A stretch of 64,000 bases of DNA, the filler included, from Lama guanicoe (taxonomy: Eukaryota), in NCBI GenBank assembly GCA_013239625.1. It is 76 parts of 76 records of this genome, joined end to end, with 100 filler letters (N's around TTAATTAATTAA, not from the genome) between each part and the next. Parts side by side here need not be neighbours in the genome. Positions count along the whole stretch, not along the records: positions 1 to 835 come from MU055952.1; positions 936 to 1,819 come from PNXV01017606.1; positions 1,920 to 3,588 come from MU055955.1; positions 3,689 to 4,630 come from PNXV01017609.1; positions 4,731 to 5,496 come from MU055957.1; positions 5,597 to 6,366 come from MU055959.1; positions 6,467 to 7,849 come from MU055960.1; positions 7,950 to 8,441 come from PNXV01017623.1; 68 more parts are not named here. One strand, given 5' to 3'. How positions within the stretch are numbered: position 1 is the stretch's first letter; every line of letters begins with the position of its first letter. The notes below the pieces were generated by a model, which worked only from the letters and a program-made list of their open reading frames with translations, was not told the origin of the DNA and searched no databases. The translations under genes and the position numbers were made by a program. This document shows, in pieces, positions 1-12,698 of the stretch.

Positions 1-835
1 CGGTCAGAAGCGGACAAAGCAATGCAAGTGCAAACCAATGAAAACATTGCTGTTGTATACTGGGTTAAGACAGGGCATGAAAGACTAGAATTCATAAGAG
101 TCCCAGATGGAAAAGCAAGAGATAAAGAAACAAAAAATGTCTGAAAATTTATCTGTAGAAAAATCAGACTGAAAATTGCTGAAAGCCAGGAAAGTATCAT
201 CTATGNNNNNNNNNNNNNNNNNNNNNNNNNNNNNNNNNNNNNNNNNNNNNNNNNNNNNNNNNNNNNNNNNNNNNNNNNNNNNNNNNNNNNNNNNNNNNNN
301 NNNNNNNNNNNNNNNNNNNNNNNNNNNNNNNNNNNNNNNNNNNNNNNNNNNNNNNNNNNNNNNNNNNNNNNNNNNNNNNNNNNNNNNNNNNNNNNNNNNN
401 NNNNNNNNNNNNNNNNNNNNNNNNNNNNNNNNNNNNNNNNNNNNNNNNNNNNNNNNNNNNNNNNNNNNNNNNNNNNNNNNNNNNNNNNNNNNNNNNNNNN
501 NNNNNNNNNNNNNNNNNNNNNNNNNNNNNNNNNNNNNNNNNNNNNNNNNNNNNNNNNNNNNNNNNNNNNNNNNNNNNNNNNNNNNNNNNNNNNNNNNNNN
601 NNNNNNNNNNNNNNNNNNNNNNNNNNNNNNNNNNNNNNNNNNNNNNNNNNNNNNNNNNNNNNNNNNNNNNNNNNNNNNNNNNNNNNNNNNNNNNNNNNNN
701 NNNNNNNNNNNNNNNNNNNGAAATCATAGTGGAAGCACTCTCTTAAGTGAATCTGGTTATTTGACTCTCTGTTTAATCGAAAGGATAGATGCATGTCCTG
801 ACGTGTTTGCAAAACAAACGAGAAGCAGACCAACA

Positions 836-935
836 NNNNNNNNNNNNNNNNNNNNNNNNNNNNNNNNNNNNNNNNNNNNTTAATTAATTAANNNNNNNNN
901 NNNNNNNNNNNNNNNNNNNNNNNNNNNNNNNNNNN
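836..935. other. Artificial scaffold spacer N44-TTAATTAATTAA-N44 (first of 75 copies; last core at 63769-63780)
   Basis: Identical 100-bp unit between every pair of fragments; the 12-mer is self-complementary, contains PacI (TTAATTAA) and puts TAA stops in all six frames. Confidence 0.99.
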
Positions 936-1819
936 GGATACACTTCTAGAATATCTGAGTAAAAATCTTGGAAATCTTACTCCTATATGAAGCAATGACA
1001 GTAGCAAAATTTGTCAAAATTAACCTATGTAGAACTCTGGAAATTAAATCAAGGCTTTCATCAATCCGGGGAATGTTTATTTGAGAAAAATAAAACAGCT
1101 AAATCTCCATAAAGGTAGTAAGATTTGTGACATTGTTACTTGATCTACCCCATCTCTGTATCCTCACCTAAATGGTGGCCTTTAAAAGCAATAGTCTCAC
1201 AATCAAGGTAGGGGCAGAAGTGATTTAAAGTTACCCAAAAAATCCATCCCCAGAGAGCTGTCACTATGTGACCTATAACAAACTCATGCTGTGCAAACTG
1301 CCTGTCCCCAGAGTGTGTGTGGAAAACAATCAGCAGTGAGTATTTAACATTACAACTGCCTGAGGCAGTGGGACCAGGAGGGGCTAACTAGATGCTGACT
1401 AGGAAACTTAGAAGGCATAATTGAGTAATGAGACGTTCTGGGGGTGAAGGTAGGGTTAAAAACTCCAAAAAATTCTGAGAATTGTAGAAGGCCGTACACA
1501 TGTGTGGCACATGGCAAGGAAAGATCTGAGAAAATCTTAAGCCTTCAACTCTGGCTGAACTTGAGGTTCTGCATAAGCAAGAACCAAAGGCTACGGAAGA
1601 GCTGCAGATTGCCTGCCGGTGCTGAGGGCATCCCTCAGCACGCGGACACACAGCCACCTGGCAACAGCTCAAACGATTGGCTCCAGGCATTGAAAGAAAT
1701 CACTATCCAATCATTATTACAGTGATGACAACTAGGCTTTTTGCACACACACTGATCTCATGGCCATGCGTGATAAATAATACAGACTTTACAGAATTTG
1801 TTCACGAAAGTAAATAAAT
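936..1819 (+). mobile_element. Probable ancient LINE-1 (L1M-type) 5' region fragment
   Basis: Resembles recalled old L1 5'UTR consensus (aactctggaaatt...; aagccttcaactctggctgaacttgaggttctgc; ataatacagactttacagaa); no intact ORF. Confidence 0.45.
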
Positions 1820-1919
1820 NNNNNNNNNNNNNNNNNNNNNNNNNNNNNNNNNNNNNNNNNNNNTTAATTAATTAANNNNNNNNNNNNNNNNNNNNNNNNN
1901 NNNNNNNNNNNNNNNNNNN

Positions 1920-2226
1920 TTGTGATGGGTCATATTTTCTTGCTTCTTTGTGTGCCTGGTAATCTTTGACTGGATGCCAGACATTGTGAATTTTACTCTG
2001 TGTGTTGTCAAATATTTTTGTGTTGCTATAAATATTTTTTAGGTTTGTTCTTGGATGCAGTTAGACTACTTAGAAACAAGCTGATTATTCTGGGTCTTTA
2101 AGATTTATTAGGTGGGACCAAGGCATTGTTCAGTCTAGACATAATTACTCGCCAACGCCAGGTAAGACCCTTCAGAGCACTCTAGCCGAGGCCTCAGGAA
2201 TCAGAGGTTTCCAGGCCTCCTGACAG
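1920..2226 (-). mobile_element. Probable ancient LINE-1 (L1ME-type) 5' fragment
   Basis: ttttcttgcttctttgtgtgcctggtaatctttgactggatgccagacattgtgaattttac resembles recalled antisense old-L1 consensus. Confidence 0.5.
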
Positions 2227-4089
2227 NNNNNNNNNNNNNNNNNNNNNNNNNNNNNNNNNNNNNNNNNNNNNNNNNNNNNNNNNNNNNNNNNNNNNNNNNN
2301 NNNNNNNNNNNNNNNNNNNNNNNNNNNNNNNNNNNNNNNNNNNNNNNNNNNNNNNNNNNNNNNNNNNNNNNNNNNNNNNNNNNNNNNNNNNNNNNNNNNN
2401 NNNNNNNNNNNNNNNNNNNNNNNNNNNNNNNNNNNNNNNNNNNNNNNNNNNNNNNNNNNNNNNNNNNNNNNNNNNNNNNNNNNNNNNNNNNNNNNNNNNN
2501 NNNNNNNNNNNNNNNNNNNNNNNNNNNNNNNNNNNNNNNNNNNNNNNNNNNNNNNNNNNNNNNNNNNNNNNNNNNNNNNNNNNNNNNNNNNNNNNNNNNN
2601 NNNNNNNNNNNNNNNNNNNNNNNNNNNNNNNNNNNNNNNNNNNNNNNNNNNNNNNNNNNNNNNNNNNNNNNNNNNNNNNNNNNNNNNNNNNNNNNNNNNN
2701 NNNNNNNNNNNNNNNNNNNNNNNNNNNNNNNNNNNNNNNNNNNNNNNNNNNNNNNNNNNNNNNNNNNNNNNNNNNNNNNNNNNNNNNNNNNNNNNNNNNN
2801 NNNNNNNNNNNNNNNNNNNNNNNNNNNNNNNNNNNNNNNNNNNNNNNNNNNNNNNNNNNNNNNNNNNNNNNNNNNNNNNNNNNNNNNNNNNNNNNNNNNN
2901 NNNNNNNNNNNNNNNNNNNNNNNNNNNNNNNNNNNNNNNNNNNNNNNNNNNNNNNNNNNNNNNNNNNNNNNNNNNNNNNNNNNNNNNNNNNNNNNNNNNN
3001 NNNNNNNNNNNNNNNNNNNNNNNNNNNNNNNNNNNNNNNNNNNNNNNNNNNNNNNNNNNNNNNNNNNNNNNNNNNNNNNNNNNNNNNNNNNNNNNNNNNN
3101 NNNNNNNNNNNNNNNNNNNNNNNNATCTCCAGAAGTTGGGCCCACAAAATGACCATTGACAGCTTAGGCCCATGAACTCTCAAAGGCTCACATATTTTTA
3201 TGAAAGACAGCATGTACATATAAAAACATACTGACACACTTCACGGACACACACGCATAAACGTCTCATCTATAATAAATGACTCCAATTCAGAAGCATT
3301 TTTACTGACACTTCAGAGAAGAGAGACTGAGAAAATTCATGTCCAAAGAACAGCAAATGAAAATTAATTATATAATTTAATTTTAACTCTAAGATGTGTA
3401 AAATACCATTTGCACTCTTTCTTTAATACTTTTTATTTTAGTGGACAAAGAAATTATATATATTAATGTTTATAAGCACTTTCAAAAAAAAAAAACCCTA
3501 AAAAAAAATCCCTTCATTTTCTGACCCTTTAAAAAAAAACTTAAGTTCTTCATCAGTGAATTTATCCACCTCAGTTGAAAAGTGAGGTNNNNNNNNNNNN
3601 NNNNNNNNNNNNNNNNNNNNNNNNNNNNNNNNTTAATTAATTAANNNNNNNNNNNNNNNNNNNNNNNNNNNNNNNNNNNNNNNNNNNNATTCCAAAACTT
3701 TAAAATTATTTTATATATTTTTTGCATTTAAACTCTGTTCACAAATCTGGTATAAATTTCTGTACAAAAGGATGGAGATTGGTTTTATTTCATAGACACC
3801 AAAATTAAATTATATAAAAAGATTTTGTGGGGATAATATTTGCAGATCAAACTATAAAGAAAGCATACAATATGTTTCATTTTAACTGGATGAACGAGAA
3901 GGAAACAATGGCTGAACGTCACACTTTAGTTGCTAGGAGACCAGTCATTTTCTGAGATGTCACAGCAAGATGAGAACCGTTGTGATGGCTTAGCAGTTTA
4001 TCTCAGCAGGTCTGCCAAAGCAGCATTTGAGACTGCAGTGCTCAAAATCATGCAGATTAGAAGAGTAGATGTAAAAAAAGTTATTTGAG

Positions 4090-4601
4090 ATGGCACATGT
4101 TTCTTCAGAAATTCAGGATGTGTCTCGTAAAGATGGACCAACTGGCTCAGGAAACTCAGATAGATCTATATTGTTTGATCAAACATTCTCTGGAGACTTG
4201 GACATGAGGTCTATGTTTGAAGAAAATGCTTTTCAGACTTTGCCTGAGGAATCCTTGATAAAAAACCATGTTACACACATTGTGTCTCTGAACCAGATGA
4301 AGATAATGATTTTCGTTCTCTGACATTTTCAAGAAACCTCTGGAAAATGCCTGGGGGTGACCAATTTAAATCCATCTGGTGGGATGAGAATGGAACTTCC
4401 ATAGTGATTGATGAAGATGTCTTTAAGAAGGAAGTATGGGAAAGAAACGCCCCTTACAGAATATTTGAAACTGGAAATATGAAAAGTTTAGTTAGACAGC
4501 TTAAATTTTATGTGTTTAGTAAAGTGCATCAGAATTTTCAAATATTTGCTTGCCTAGCTGACTTTCTGGTAGAAGAAAAATGTGTCTCAGTTTTAAGAAA
4601 T
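4090..4601 (+). pseudogene. HSFY: HSFY (Y-linked heat-shock factor) exon 1, frameshifted copy
   Basis: MAHVSSEIQDVSRKD...DLDMRSMFEENAFQTL matches the HSFY N-terminus. After a 1-bp shift in the A6 run at 4260-4265 the other frame reads PCYTHCVSEPDEDNDFRSLTFSRNLWKMPGGDQFKSIWWDENGTSIVIDEDVFKKEV...KSLVRQLKFYVFSK...EEKCVSVLR, i.e. the HSF DNA-binding domain. Confidence 0.93.
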
Positions 4602-5596
4602 GGATTCAGAAATTTTAGTTACCACTTGGTNNNNNNNNNNNNNNNNNNNNNNNNNNNNNNNNNNNNNNNNNNNNTTAATTAATTAANNNNNNNNNNNNNN
4701 NNNNNNNNNNNNNNNNNNNNNNNNNNNNNNTGACACAACATTGCAAAATGATTAGAACTCAAAAAGTTTAAAAAATTTTTAAATAAGAAATCCATATAAT
4801 CACATATCTTTATAAATATAATTATATATAATTTAATTAACAAATGTTTTTAATTAATATCATCTTATAATCATAAACTGAGAGAATTATGTAGCCTGAA
4901 TACAATTCAATTAAAGCATTAGAGGCAAGAATCTGGGGAACTAAGCATCAATATGAAGGGCATGAAGAAATCAAACAGTATTGGGTGAAGTGGTTGCAGC
5001 TTTTGGTGCTGAAGGTGTTAAAAGAAGNNNNNNNNNNNNNNNNNNNNNNNNNNNNNNNNNNNNNNNNNNNNNNNNNNNNNNNNNNNNNNNNNNNNNNNNN
5101 NNNNNNNNNNNNNNNNNNNNNNNNNNNNNNNNNNNNNNNNNNNNNNNNNNNNNNNNNNNNNNNNNNNNNNNNNNNNNNNNNNNNNNNNNNNNNNNNNNNN
5201 NNNNNNNNNNNNNNATTCCAAAACCAGCAAGTAAGACTATGTTGTTAGATGAAGGACTGCCTCTCATCCTGAATAAATAGTGAGACTCTTCCTTCCTTGA
5301 TTAAAAACCCTGCGGAAAGTCATCTTGCAGAGGAAAGCCAGCCAGTATCCCTCAACAAAACACATCATTGTATTCAGACTGAAAATAAAAATCAGATCCA
5401 AGTATGCCCTTGAAATGAAAGAGATTAGAACAGAAAGAGAATATATACCTTTTTATTCTTTAATATTTATTAACTACCTGCCCAAATCAAATAAACNNNN
5501 NNNNNNNNNNNNNNNNNNNNNNNNNNNNNNNNNNNNNNNNTTAATTAATTAANNNNNNNNNNNNNNNNNNNNNNNNNNNNNNNNNNNNNNNNNNNN

Positions 5597-6366
5597 GTCC
5601 TGCTGTTCATTTCCACGTTATTTTCCAAGACTTCTGGAGGAAATGCAAGCAGCCTGATGCTCAAATGCTTTTCTGTGTGACTCCCTCCTTGTTCTTTGAA
5701 GGAACAGCAAATTGCCAAGAGAACAGTGGACAAAATGCCAACCCCCCATTTAATTAAGGGTCTGAGATTTGGTGTTAGGAAATAGAAGAAATTTCCAGGA
5801 ACACACTTAAGAAACATTATTTCTTTCAAATGTGATTTGGAACAGCAAAGGACAATATATTTTATAGCACAGCTTTTAAGACAAATGAATTGNNNNNNNN
5901 NNNNNNNNNNNNNNNNNNNNNNNNNNNNNNNNNNNNNNNNNNNNNNNNNNNNNNNNNNNNNNNNNNNNGTCCAACAATTCTTTATATTTCTCCTGGAATT
6001 TCCTTGGTTCTTGATGTAAATTTTTAAAAATTAATATCAGCTTTCTATTCTTTCTCTTCCTGTAGTTGTAGAATTAATGTGAAAATAGCTCGTTGTCTCA
6101 CTGATAAAGCCTCCTTGTCAGCCTTCTAGCTAAACAGCTTGTGTACGTTTTGGTGGCAGGTGTGCTAAATAGTAGTTTCCAGGCACTTGAGCGATGCCCA
6201 TCACACCAGCACTGCAGGAGCCTATTTCTCACCCACGACCAGGTGAGACCCTCCTTTCTTCCGCTGCCTCACCCAGGTCCCCATATTCTGATTCTTTCTC
6301 ACGACTCATTTTCATATAGTTCAGCCCTGCATCAGCAGAGGAAGCCTTGGTTTCTCAAAGACCAGG
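5597..6366. repeat. Low-copy duplicated segment, paralogue of 19295-19946
   Basis: Colinear over about 600 bp with scattered substitutions (e.g. tgctgttcatttccac.ttattttccaagactt in both). Confidence 0.95.
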
Positions 6367-6466
6367 NNNNNNNNNNNNNNNNNNNNNNNNNNNNNNNNNN
6401 NNNNNNNNNNTTAATTAATTAANNNNNNNNNNNNNNNNNNNNNNNNNNNNNNNNNNNNNNNNNNNN

Positions 6467-7849
6467 CCCTCCTCCAGCACACACACAGCATTGGGTTCAG
6501 ATGTCTTGAGTGTGGAGAGGTTCTTCCCACCATCAGCAGTGCCTGGGTTCTAATAGAATCCCTTAGCATGACTTCCCTGATGGCATGCCTAGCCTGGAGA
6601 GAGTGGGAAGGAGGGGGTTGGGCTCTTAACCAAATATTAGCGAGAGCCTATCCATGGGATGTGGGTTTTTAACCTACAACCAACAACCAAGTAATAAATG
6701 TGCCCCCTGAAATATGCTTGGCTCTTTCCCTACATCCAGCACACACTCGAAGAAATATTCTGGTATTNNNNNNNNNNNNNNNNNNNNGTTCCTCAAACGA
6801 CAGCAAGCACCTGGGTTCTATTAGTATCCTTAGCTTCTGTTCCCTGAGTGTTCCCTTAGGCCAGGGCATGAGGGAAAGCTGGGGGTTGGGCTTGGAGGCC
6901 AAGTAGCAGTGAGTGCCCCCTGATCCATTCAGGAAGTACTTAGAGGACTTCCCCCTAAACGGAACACCTTTTCCGCCATTCATCTGGGTGGAGTGGGGCT
7001 GCACAACTCTCCCACACCTAAGAATGTGTTCTGGAATTCTGAGTGCAGGTAAGGTCCTCCAACTGACAGCAGCGCCCGGGTTCTCATTGAATCCCTTTGC
7101 TTGTCTTCCCTGATGGAAAGCCTAGGCGGGAGTGAGGGGGAAAGTGTGATTTGGGCTCCGAAACCAAGTATTTGCAATGACCGCCCTATGGATTGTGGAG
7201 GTGTTTAAACTACATCCCTTACCTGGGAACACCTGTGCCCCCATAAAGATCCGTGGAGTCTGTTTCCACACCTCCAGCACACACACGAACACTTGCACAG
7301 TTATCCTGAGAGTGGGCAGCCNNNNNNNNNNNNNNNNNNNNNNNNNNNNNNNNNNNNNNNNNNNNNNNNNNNNNNNNNNNNNNNNNNNNNNNNNNNNNNN
7401 NNNNNNNNNNNNNNNNNNNNNNNNNNNNNNNNNNNNNNNNNNNNNNNNNNNNNNNNNNNNNNNNNNNNNNNNNNNNNNNNNNNNNNNNNNNNNNNNNNNN
7501 NNNNNNNNNNNNNNNNNNNNNNNNNNNNNNNNNNNNNNNNNNNNNNNNNNNNNNNNNNNNNNNNNNNNNNNNNNNNNNNNNNNNNNNNNNNNNNNNNNNN
7601 NNNNNNNNNNNNNNNNNNNNNNNNNNNNNNNNNNNNNNNNNNNNNNNNNNNNNNNNNNNNNNNNNNNNNNNNNNNNNNNNNNNNNNNNNNNNNNNNNNNN
7701 NNNNNNNNNNNNNNNNNNNNNNNNNNNNNNNNNNNNNNNNNNNNNNNNNNNNNNNNNNNNNNNNNNNNNNNNNNNNNNNNNNNNNAATGTGGCTTCAAAA
7801 CTCCCCACTACACAAGGTTGGGTTCCAGTATCCTGAGGGTGGGGTAGTT
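6467..7849 (+). repeat. Satellite family A (diverged ~255-267-bp monomers in higher-order arrangement)
   Basis: Motif cagcagc.cctgggttcta.t.gaatccctt recurs at about 6533, 6801 and 7067; same sequence found in three other scaffolds. Confidence 0.9.
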
Positions 7850-7949
7850 NNNNNNNNNNNNNNNNNNNNNNNNNNNNNNNNNNNNNNNNNNNNTTAATTA
7901 ATTAANNNNNNNNNNNNNNNNNNNNNNNNNNNNNNNNNNNNNNNNNNNN

Positions 7950-8441
7950 TGTGTCACGGGTCAGTTTCCAGAAACTTTAAGAGCAGACAGTGGAAGAAAT
8001 GCCTGTCTTCAGCTCACTGGTGATTCTCCGAGGTACTTTCAGAATTGCCCAATCCTTTTGAATTTGACTTTATAGGAGACACGAAGTGAATCTGGCAGAA
8101 AAGCTGGCTGCACGGATTGAGGAGAGATGCGATCTCATTGATGTGATTTGTTGTGCTACAATGAATAATACTGGCATGGAGACAGCTGTAGAGAATACAG
8201 GAAGACATTCATGGACATATTGAGCCTCGTTGATACTGTCAGTAACATGTTGAATGTGAATGTGCACTTGAGGAAGTTACTTAATTCTCTGTTCCAATTA
8301 CGGGTCCAAGATTTCTTCCATCCAAATCATAAGAGAAGGTAGAAATTATAGAAGCTGTCATGTTCTTCGAAGATGTCTTGAAATTCCATACATTCCACGG
8401 GGCATTTACAAACCACTCAGGCGACCAAGCACCAAGCCCTG
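7950..8441 (+). pseudogene. Decayed intronless CTAGE/MIA2(cTAGE5)-like copy
   Basis: Across frameshifts reads VTGQFPETLRADS / FRIAQSF*I*LYRRHEVNLAEKLAARIEERCDLIDVICC...GMETAVEN / ILSLVDTVSNMLNVNVHLRKLLNSL, colinear with recalled cTAGE5 VVAALPEGMRPDS...[34 protein letters not shown]. TGA stops at 8059-8061 and 8065-8067. Confidence 0.55.
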
Positions 8442-8829
8442 NNNNNNNNNNNNNNNNNNNNNNNNNNNNNNNNNNNNNNNNNNNNTTAATTAATTAANNN
8501 NNNNNNNNNNNNNNNNNNNNNNNNNNNNNNNNNNNNNNNNNCAAGAAATCAAAAAAGTAAAGACTTTTTCATTAACGTTTCCTGGAAAGAGTGGAGCATG
8601 GTAATGTTGAGCTCAGATGCTAGGGAAAAACATGAGGGTCTGAATTCCCACAGCACTGGGTAGCTTTGACACTAATATGTCAGTCAAATTCTCTGCATCT
8701 CAGTCTCCGATGCATAGACTGGGGACAACAAAGACTGGGGACAACAACTGCACCCATATCCTAGAACGGTCCTAAGAATTAAGTTATTTTATATATACAA
8801 GTTTAATAAAATACATCAGATATTAAATA

Positions 8830-9367
8830 TTACCCCAAAAGCACAAGGAAAAATGAAAACAGAGATAAATTTGAGTTCATTAAAATTTAAAACTTAGCTT
8901 CAAGGACACCATCCAGAAAGTGAAAAAACAACACTCAGGAGAAAATTTTTTCAAATCATTTATCTGATAAGGAATTTGTGTATCAAAAAAAAAAATTCCA
9001 TAGCTCAACAATAAAAAGGCAACTCAATTAAAAAATGAAAAAAGATCTGAAAAGATACTTTTCAAGGAAAATAAACAAATGGCCAATAAGCACAATGAAA
9101 CGGTGTTCAATAACATTAGCTCTAAAGGGAATCAAGTCAAAACAACTAGGAGAAACCGCTAAACACCCACTACAATAGGTTATAATCAAAAAAAAGTTTA
9201 ACAAGCACTAATGAGGACACAGGAAGCGGAGCCCGCAGCCATTGCTGGTGAGGATGTAAACACAGCGTAGCCACTTTGGAAAACATCCTGGCACATCCTC
9301 AGAGAGTTGAACATTTGGTTTCTGAATGATCCAGCAATTCTACTTCCTGGGCACACAAGTAAGAGAA
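8830..9367 (+). mobile_element. Old LINE-1 ORF2 3' fragment
   Basis: tcatttatctgataagg, aaatggccaataagcac, cattgctggtgaggatgtaaa, tgatccagcaattctacttcctggg are typical of the L1 ORF2 C-terminal region. Confidence 0.85.
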
Positions 9368-9467
9368 NNNNNNNNNNNNNNNNNNNNNNNNNNNNNNNNN
9401 NNNNNNNNNNNTTAATTAATTAANNNNNNNNNNNNNNNNNNNNNNNNNNNNNNNNNNNNNNNNNNNN

Positions 9468-10197
9468 ATAGAATGCAGAACACAGAATATATAATAGAGT
9501 ATACAGAACACAAAATGTAAAACATAGAATCCAGAACACAGAAATTAAAATATAGAATAGAGAATACTGAAAATAGAATTTAGAATATAGAATGTAGAAC
9601 ACAGAATATAGAATATATAATAGGAATTTTAGAACGTGGAATGCAGAACACAGAATTTAGAATATGCGATACAGAATACTGAATATAGAATTTAGAATAT
9701 AGAATGAAGAAAACAGAATTAAGAATTTTGAATACAAAATGCTGAATATAGGATTTATAGTATAGAATGTAGAACACAGAATTTAAAATATACACCACAG
9801 AATACTGAATATAGGATTTAGAAAATTGAAAGTAGAACACAGAGTATAGAANNNNNNNNNNNNNNNNNNNNNNNNNNNNNNNNNNNNNNNNNNNNNNNNN
9901 NNNNNNNNNNNNNNNNNNNNNNNNNNNNNNNNNNNNNNNNNNNNNNNNNNNNNNNNNNNNNNNNNNNNNNNNNNNNNNNNNNNNNNNNNNNNNNNNNNNN
10001 NNNNNNNNNNNNNNNNNNNNNNNNNNNNNNNNNNNNNNNNNNNNNNNNNNNAGAACACAAAATGCAGAATACAGAATTTAGATTATAAAATAAAGTATAC
10101 TGAATATAGAATTTAGAATATAGAATTCAGAACACCGAATTTAGAAATGAGAATACAGAATACTGAATATAGAATTTATAACATGGTATGCATAACA
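9468..10197 (+). repeat. Satellite family C: degenerate (GAATATA)n heptamers organised in 63-bp units
   Basis: Purine-rich strand; ctgaatata recurs at 9679, 9742, 9805 (63-bp spacing). Confidence 0.95.
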
Positions 10198-10739
10198 NNN
10201 NNNNNNNNNNNNNNNNNNNNNNNNNNNNNNNNNNNNNNNNNTTAATTAATTAANNNNNNNNNNNNNNNNNNNNNNNNNNNNNNNNNNNNNNNNNNNNGAC
10301 CAGGGGTTCAAAGCTAGTTTTTTAAAGCACTCTCATTTACTAAAAAACAATGAATGAGAGACTGTAAAGGCCAGTTACTCAGAGAATGTTCGCTCCACTG
10401 AAGCCAATAATTGTAGCTTAAAAATGGTGGCTTTACATTTTAATGATTAATCTCACTTTCAGCAGATGTGTTCCGAATCTGCCCAGCTACCCGTTGGCTT
10501 CAGTTAAATGAAATATTTCTTTTGCTGTACATGCAAGATGCTAGTAAAAGAAAAATTGGCTCTATAAAGTATTTCTTTTATGAATATGATTAGTTAAGAC
10601 CCATAAGTTTTCCTAAAGATTTAAGATAGGAAGTTTTTTTGTTTGTTCATTTTGTTGTGTTTTTTAACACCCAGCCTAAAGTGTGGTATGACAGCAGGGC
10701 ACCATGTTATTTTGTTCATTGGATCTCCACTTGGTCTTC

Positions 10740-11139
10740 GTTTTTTAAAAATTGAACTACAGTCAGTTACAATGTGTCAATCTCTGGTGTACAGCACAAT
10801 GTCCTAGTCATGCATATACATACATATATTTGTTTTCGTATTTTTTTCACTAAAGGTTATTACAAGATATTGAACAAATTTCCCTGTGCTATANNNNNNN
10901 NNNNNNNNNNNNNNNNNNNNNNNNNTATAAAGTGGATTTGTGAATCTCAAACTCCCAAATTTATCCTTTCCCACCCCTTTCCCTGGTAACCATAAGATTG
11001 TTTACTATGTCTGCAAGTCTGTTTCTGTTTCATAGATGTCTTTTTTTTCTTTTTATTTTTTTAAGATTCCACATATGAATGATATCATATGGTATTTTTC
11101 TATCTCTTTCTGGTTTACCTCACTTAGAATGATGATCTC
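10740..11139 (-). mobile_element. LINE-1 3' UTR/tail (young lineage-specific subfamily)
   Basis: T-run then attgaactacagtcagttacaatgtgtcaatctctggtgtacagcac...ttccctgtgctata...agattccacatatgaatgatatcatatggtatt. Confidence 0.88.
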
Positions 11140-11239
11140 NNNNNNNNNNNNNNNNNNNNNNNNNNNNNNNNNNNNNNNNNNNNTTAATTAATTAANNNNN
11201 NNNNNNNNNNNNNNNNNNNNNNNNNNNNNNNNNNNNNNN

Positions 11240-12022
11240 ATCCCCAAAAAGCAGTAGAAGGAAGGAAATAATAAAGATCAGAGAGGAAACAAATACAATA
11301 GAAATTAACAAGACCATAGAAAGAATCAACCAAACAAAAAGCTGGTTTTTTTGAAAAAGTAAATAAAATCAACAGACCTCTGGCCAAACTCACAAAGAAG
11401 AAAAAAGAGAGAGCACAAATTAGCAAAATAAGAGAGGAAAATGGAGAAATTACAACAAACAAAATAGAAATACAGAATATCATACGAGAATATTANNNNN
11501 NNNNNNNNNNNNNNNNNNNNNNNNNNNNNNNNNNNNNNNNNNNNNNNNNNNNNNNNNNNNNNNNNNNNNNNNNNNNNNNNNNNNNNNNNNNNNNNNNNNN
11601 NNNNNNNNNNNNNNNNNNNNNNNNNNNNNNNNNNNNNNNNNNNNNNNNNNNNNNNNNNNNNNNNNNNNNNNNNNNNNNNNNNNNNNNNNNNNNNNNNNNN
11701 NNNNNNNNNNNNNNNNNNNNNNNNNNNNNNNNNNNNNNNNNNNNNNNNNNNNNNNNNNNNNNNNNNNNNNNNNNGAAAAGGAGGGAATACTCCCAAACTC
11801 ATTCTATGAAGCCACCATCACCCTGATACCAAAACCAGGAAAAGAAACTACCAAAAAAGAGAATTATAGGCCAATATCACTGATAAACATAGATGCCAAA
11901 ATCCTCACCAAAATTTTAGCAAATAGAATCCAACAGCACATAAAAAAGATTATATATCATAACCAAGTGGGGTTCACAAGGCTGGTTCAACATACGCAAA
12001 TCAATCAATGTAATACATCACA
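11240..12022 (+). mobile_element. LINE-1 ORF2 fragment (linker and start of RT domain)
   Basis: Translates to SRRKEIIKIREETNTIE...KSWFFEKVNKINRPLAKL and [58 protein letters not shown]. Confidence 0.97.
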
Positions 12023-12698
12023 NNNNNNNNNNNNNNNNNNNNNNNNNNNNNNNNNNNNNNNNNNNNTTAATTAATTAANNNNNNNNNNNNNNNNNNNNNN
12101 NNNNNNNNNNNNNNNNNNNNNNAACTTTGAATAATTAATGTTAATTAGTTTGAATAACTGGAAAATGTATCGTAAAAATGTCGAAAAAAAAGATCAGGGC
12201 TTATCCCAAATGGATAAATATTTTTATATATTTATTTTGAATGAGGTAAATAAAATGGATATTTTTGGATTTGGATACAAGGTTTTTATACAACACTATG
12301 TAAAGTTAAAAAAAAAAGGAAAAAAAGGTGCCAAAGAGATCACCTACTGCCCCCCAACATTAAAGTTCAAACAAGTCCGTTTTATTTACCACAGTTTAAA
12401 ATATATGTATGTATAGACTGAAATACTTGAACAATGATTGGGACAACAGACCAATTAATCAAATTAAAAATTGAAAATGGCCTAAGCTCTTTGGCTGAAA
12501 TTTGGGCATCCTAGAGACTGTTCTATAAAATTAGATACAATGCCCCCCCAAAAAAAGGCTTCTGGCATTCCTTCTAGAAATAAGAATTATTGATTAAANN
12601 NNNNNNNNNNNNNNNNNNNNNNNNNNNNNNNNNNNNNNNNNNTTAATTAATTAANNNNNNNNNNNNNNNNNNNNNNNNNNNNNNNNNNNNNNNNNNNN

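Noticed and set aside
4090..10197. Functional link between HSFY and the GAA-rich satellite C as heat-shock elements
   Set aside because: They lie on separate scaffolds; GAA units are 7-bp direct repeats, not inverted nGAAn pentamers; this HSFY copy is disrupted.
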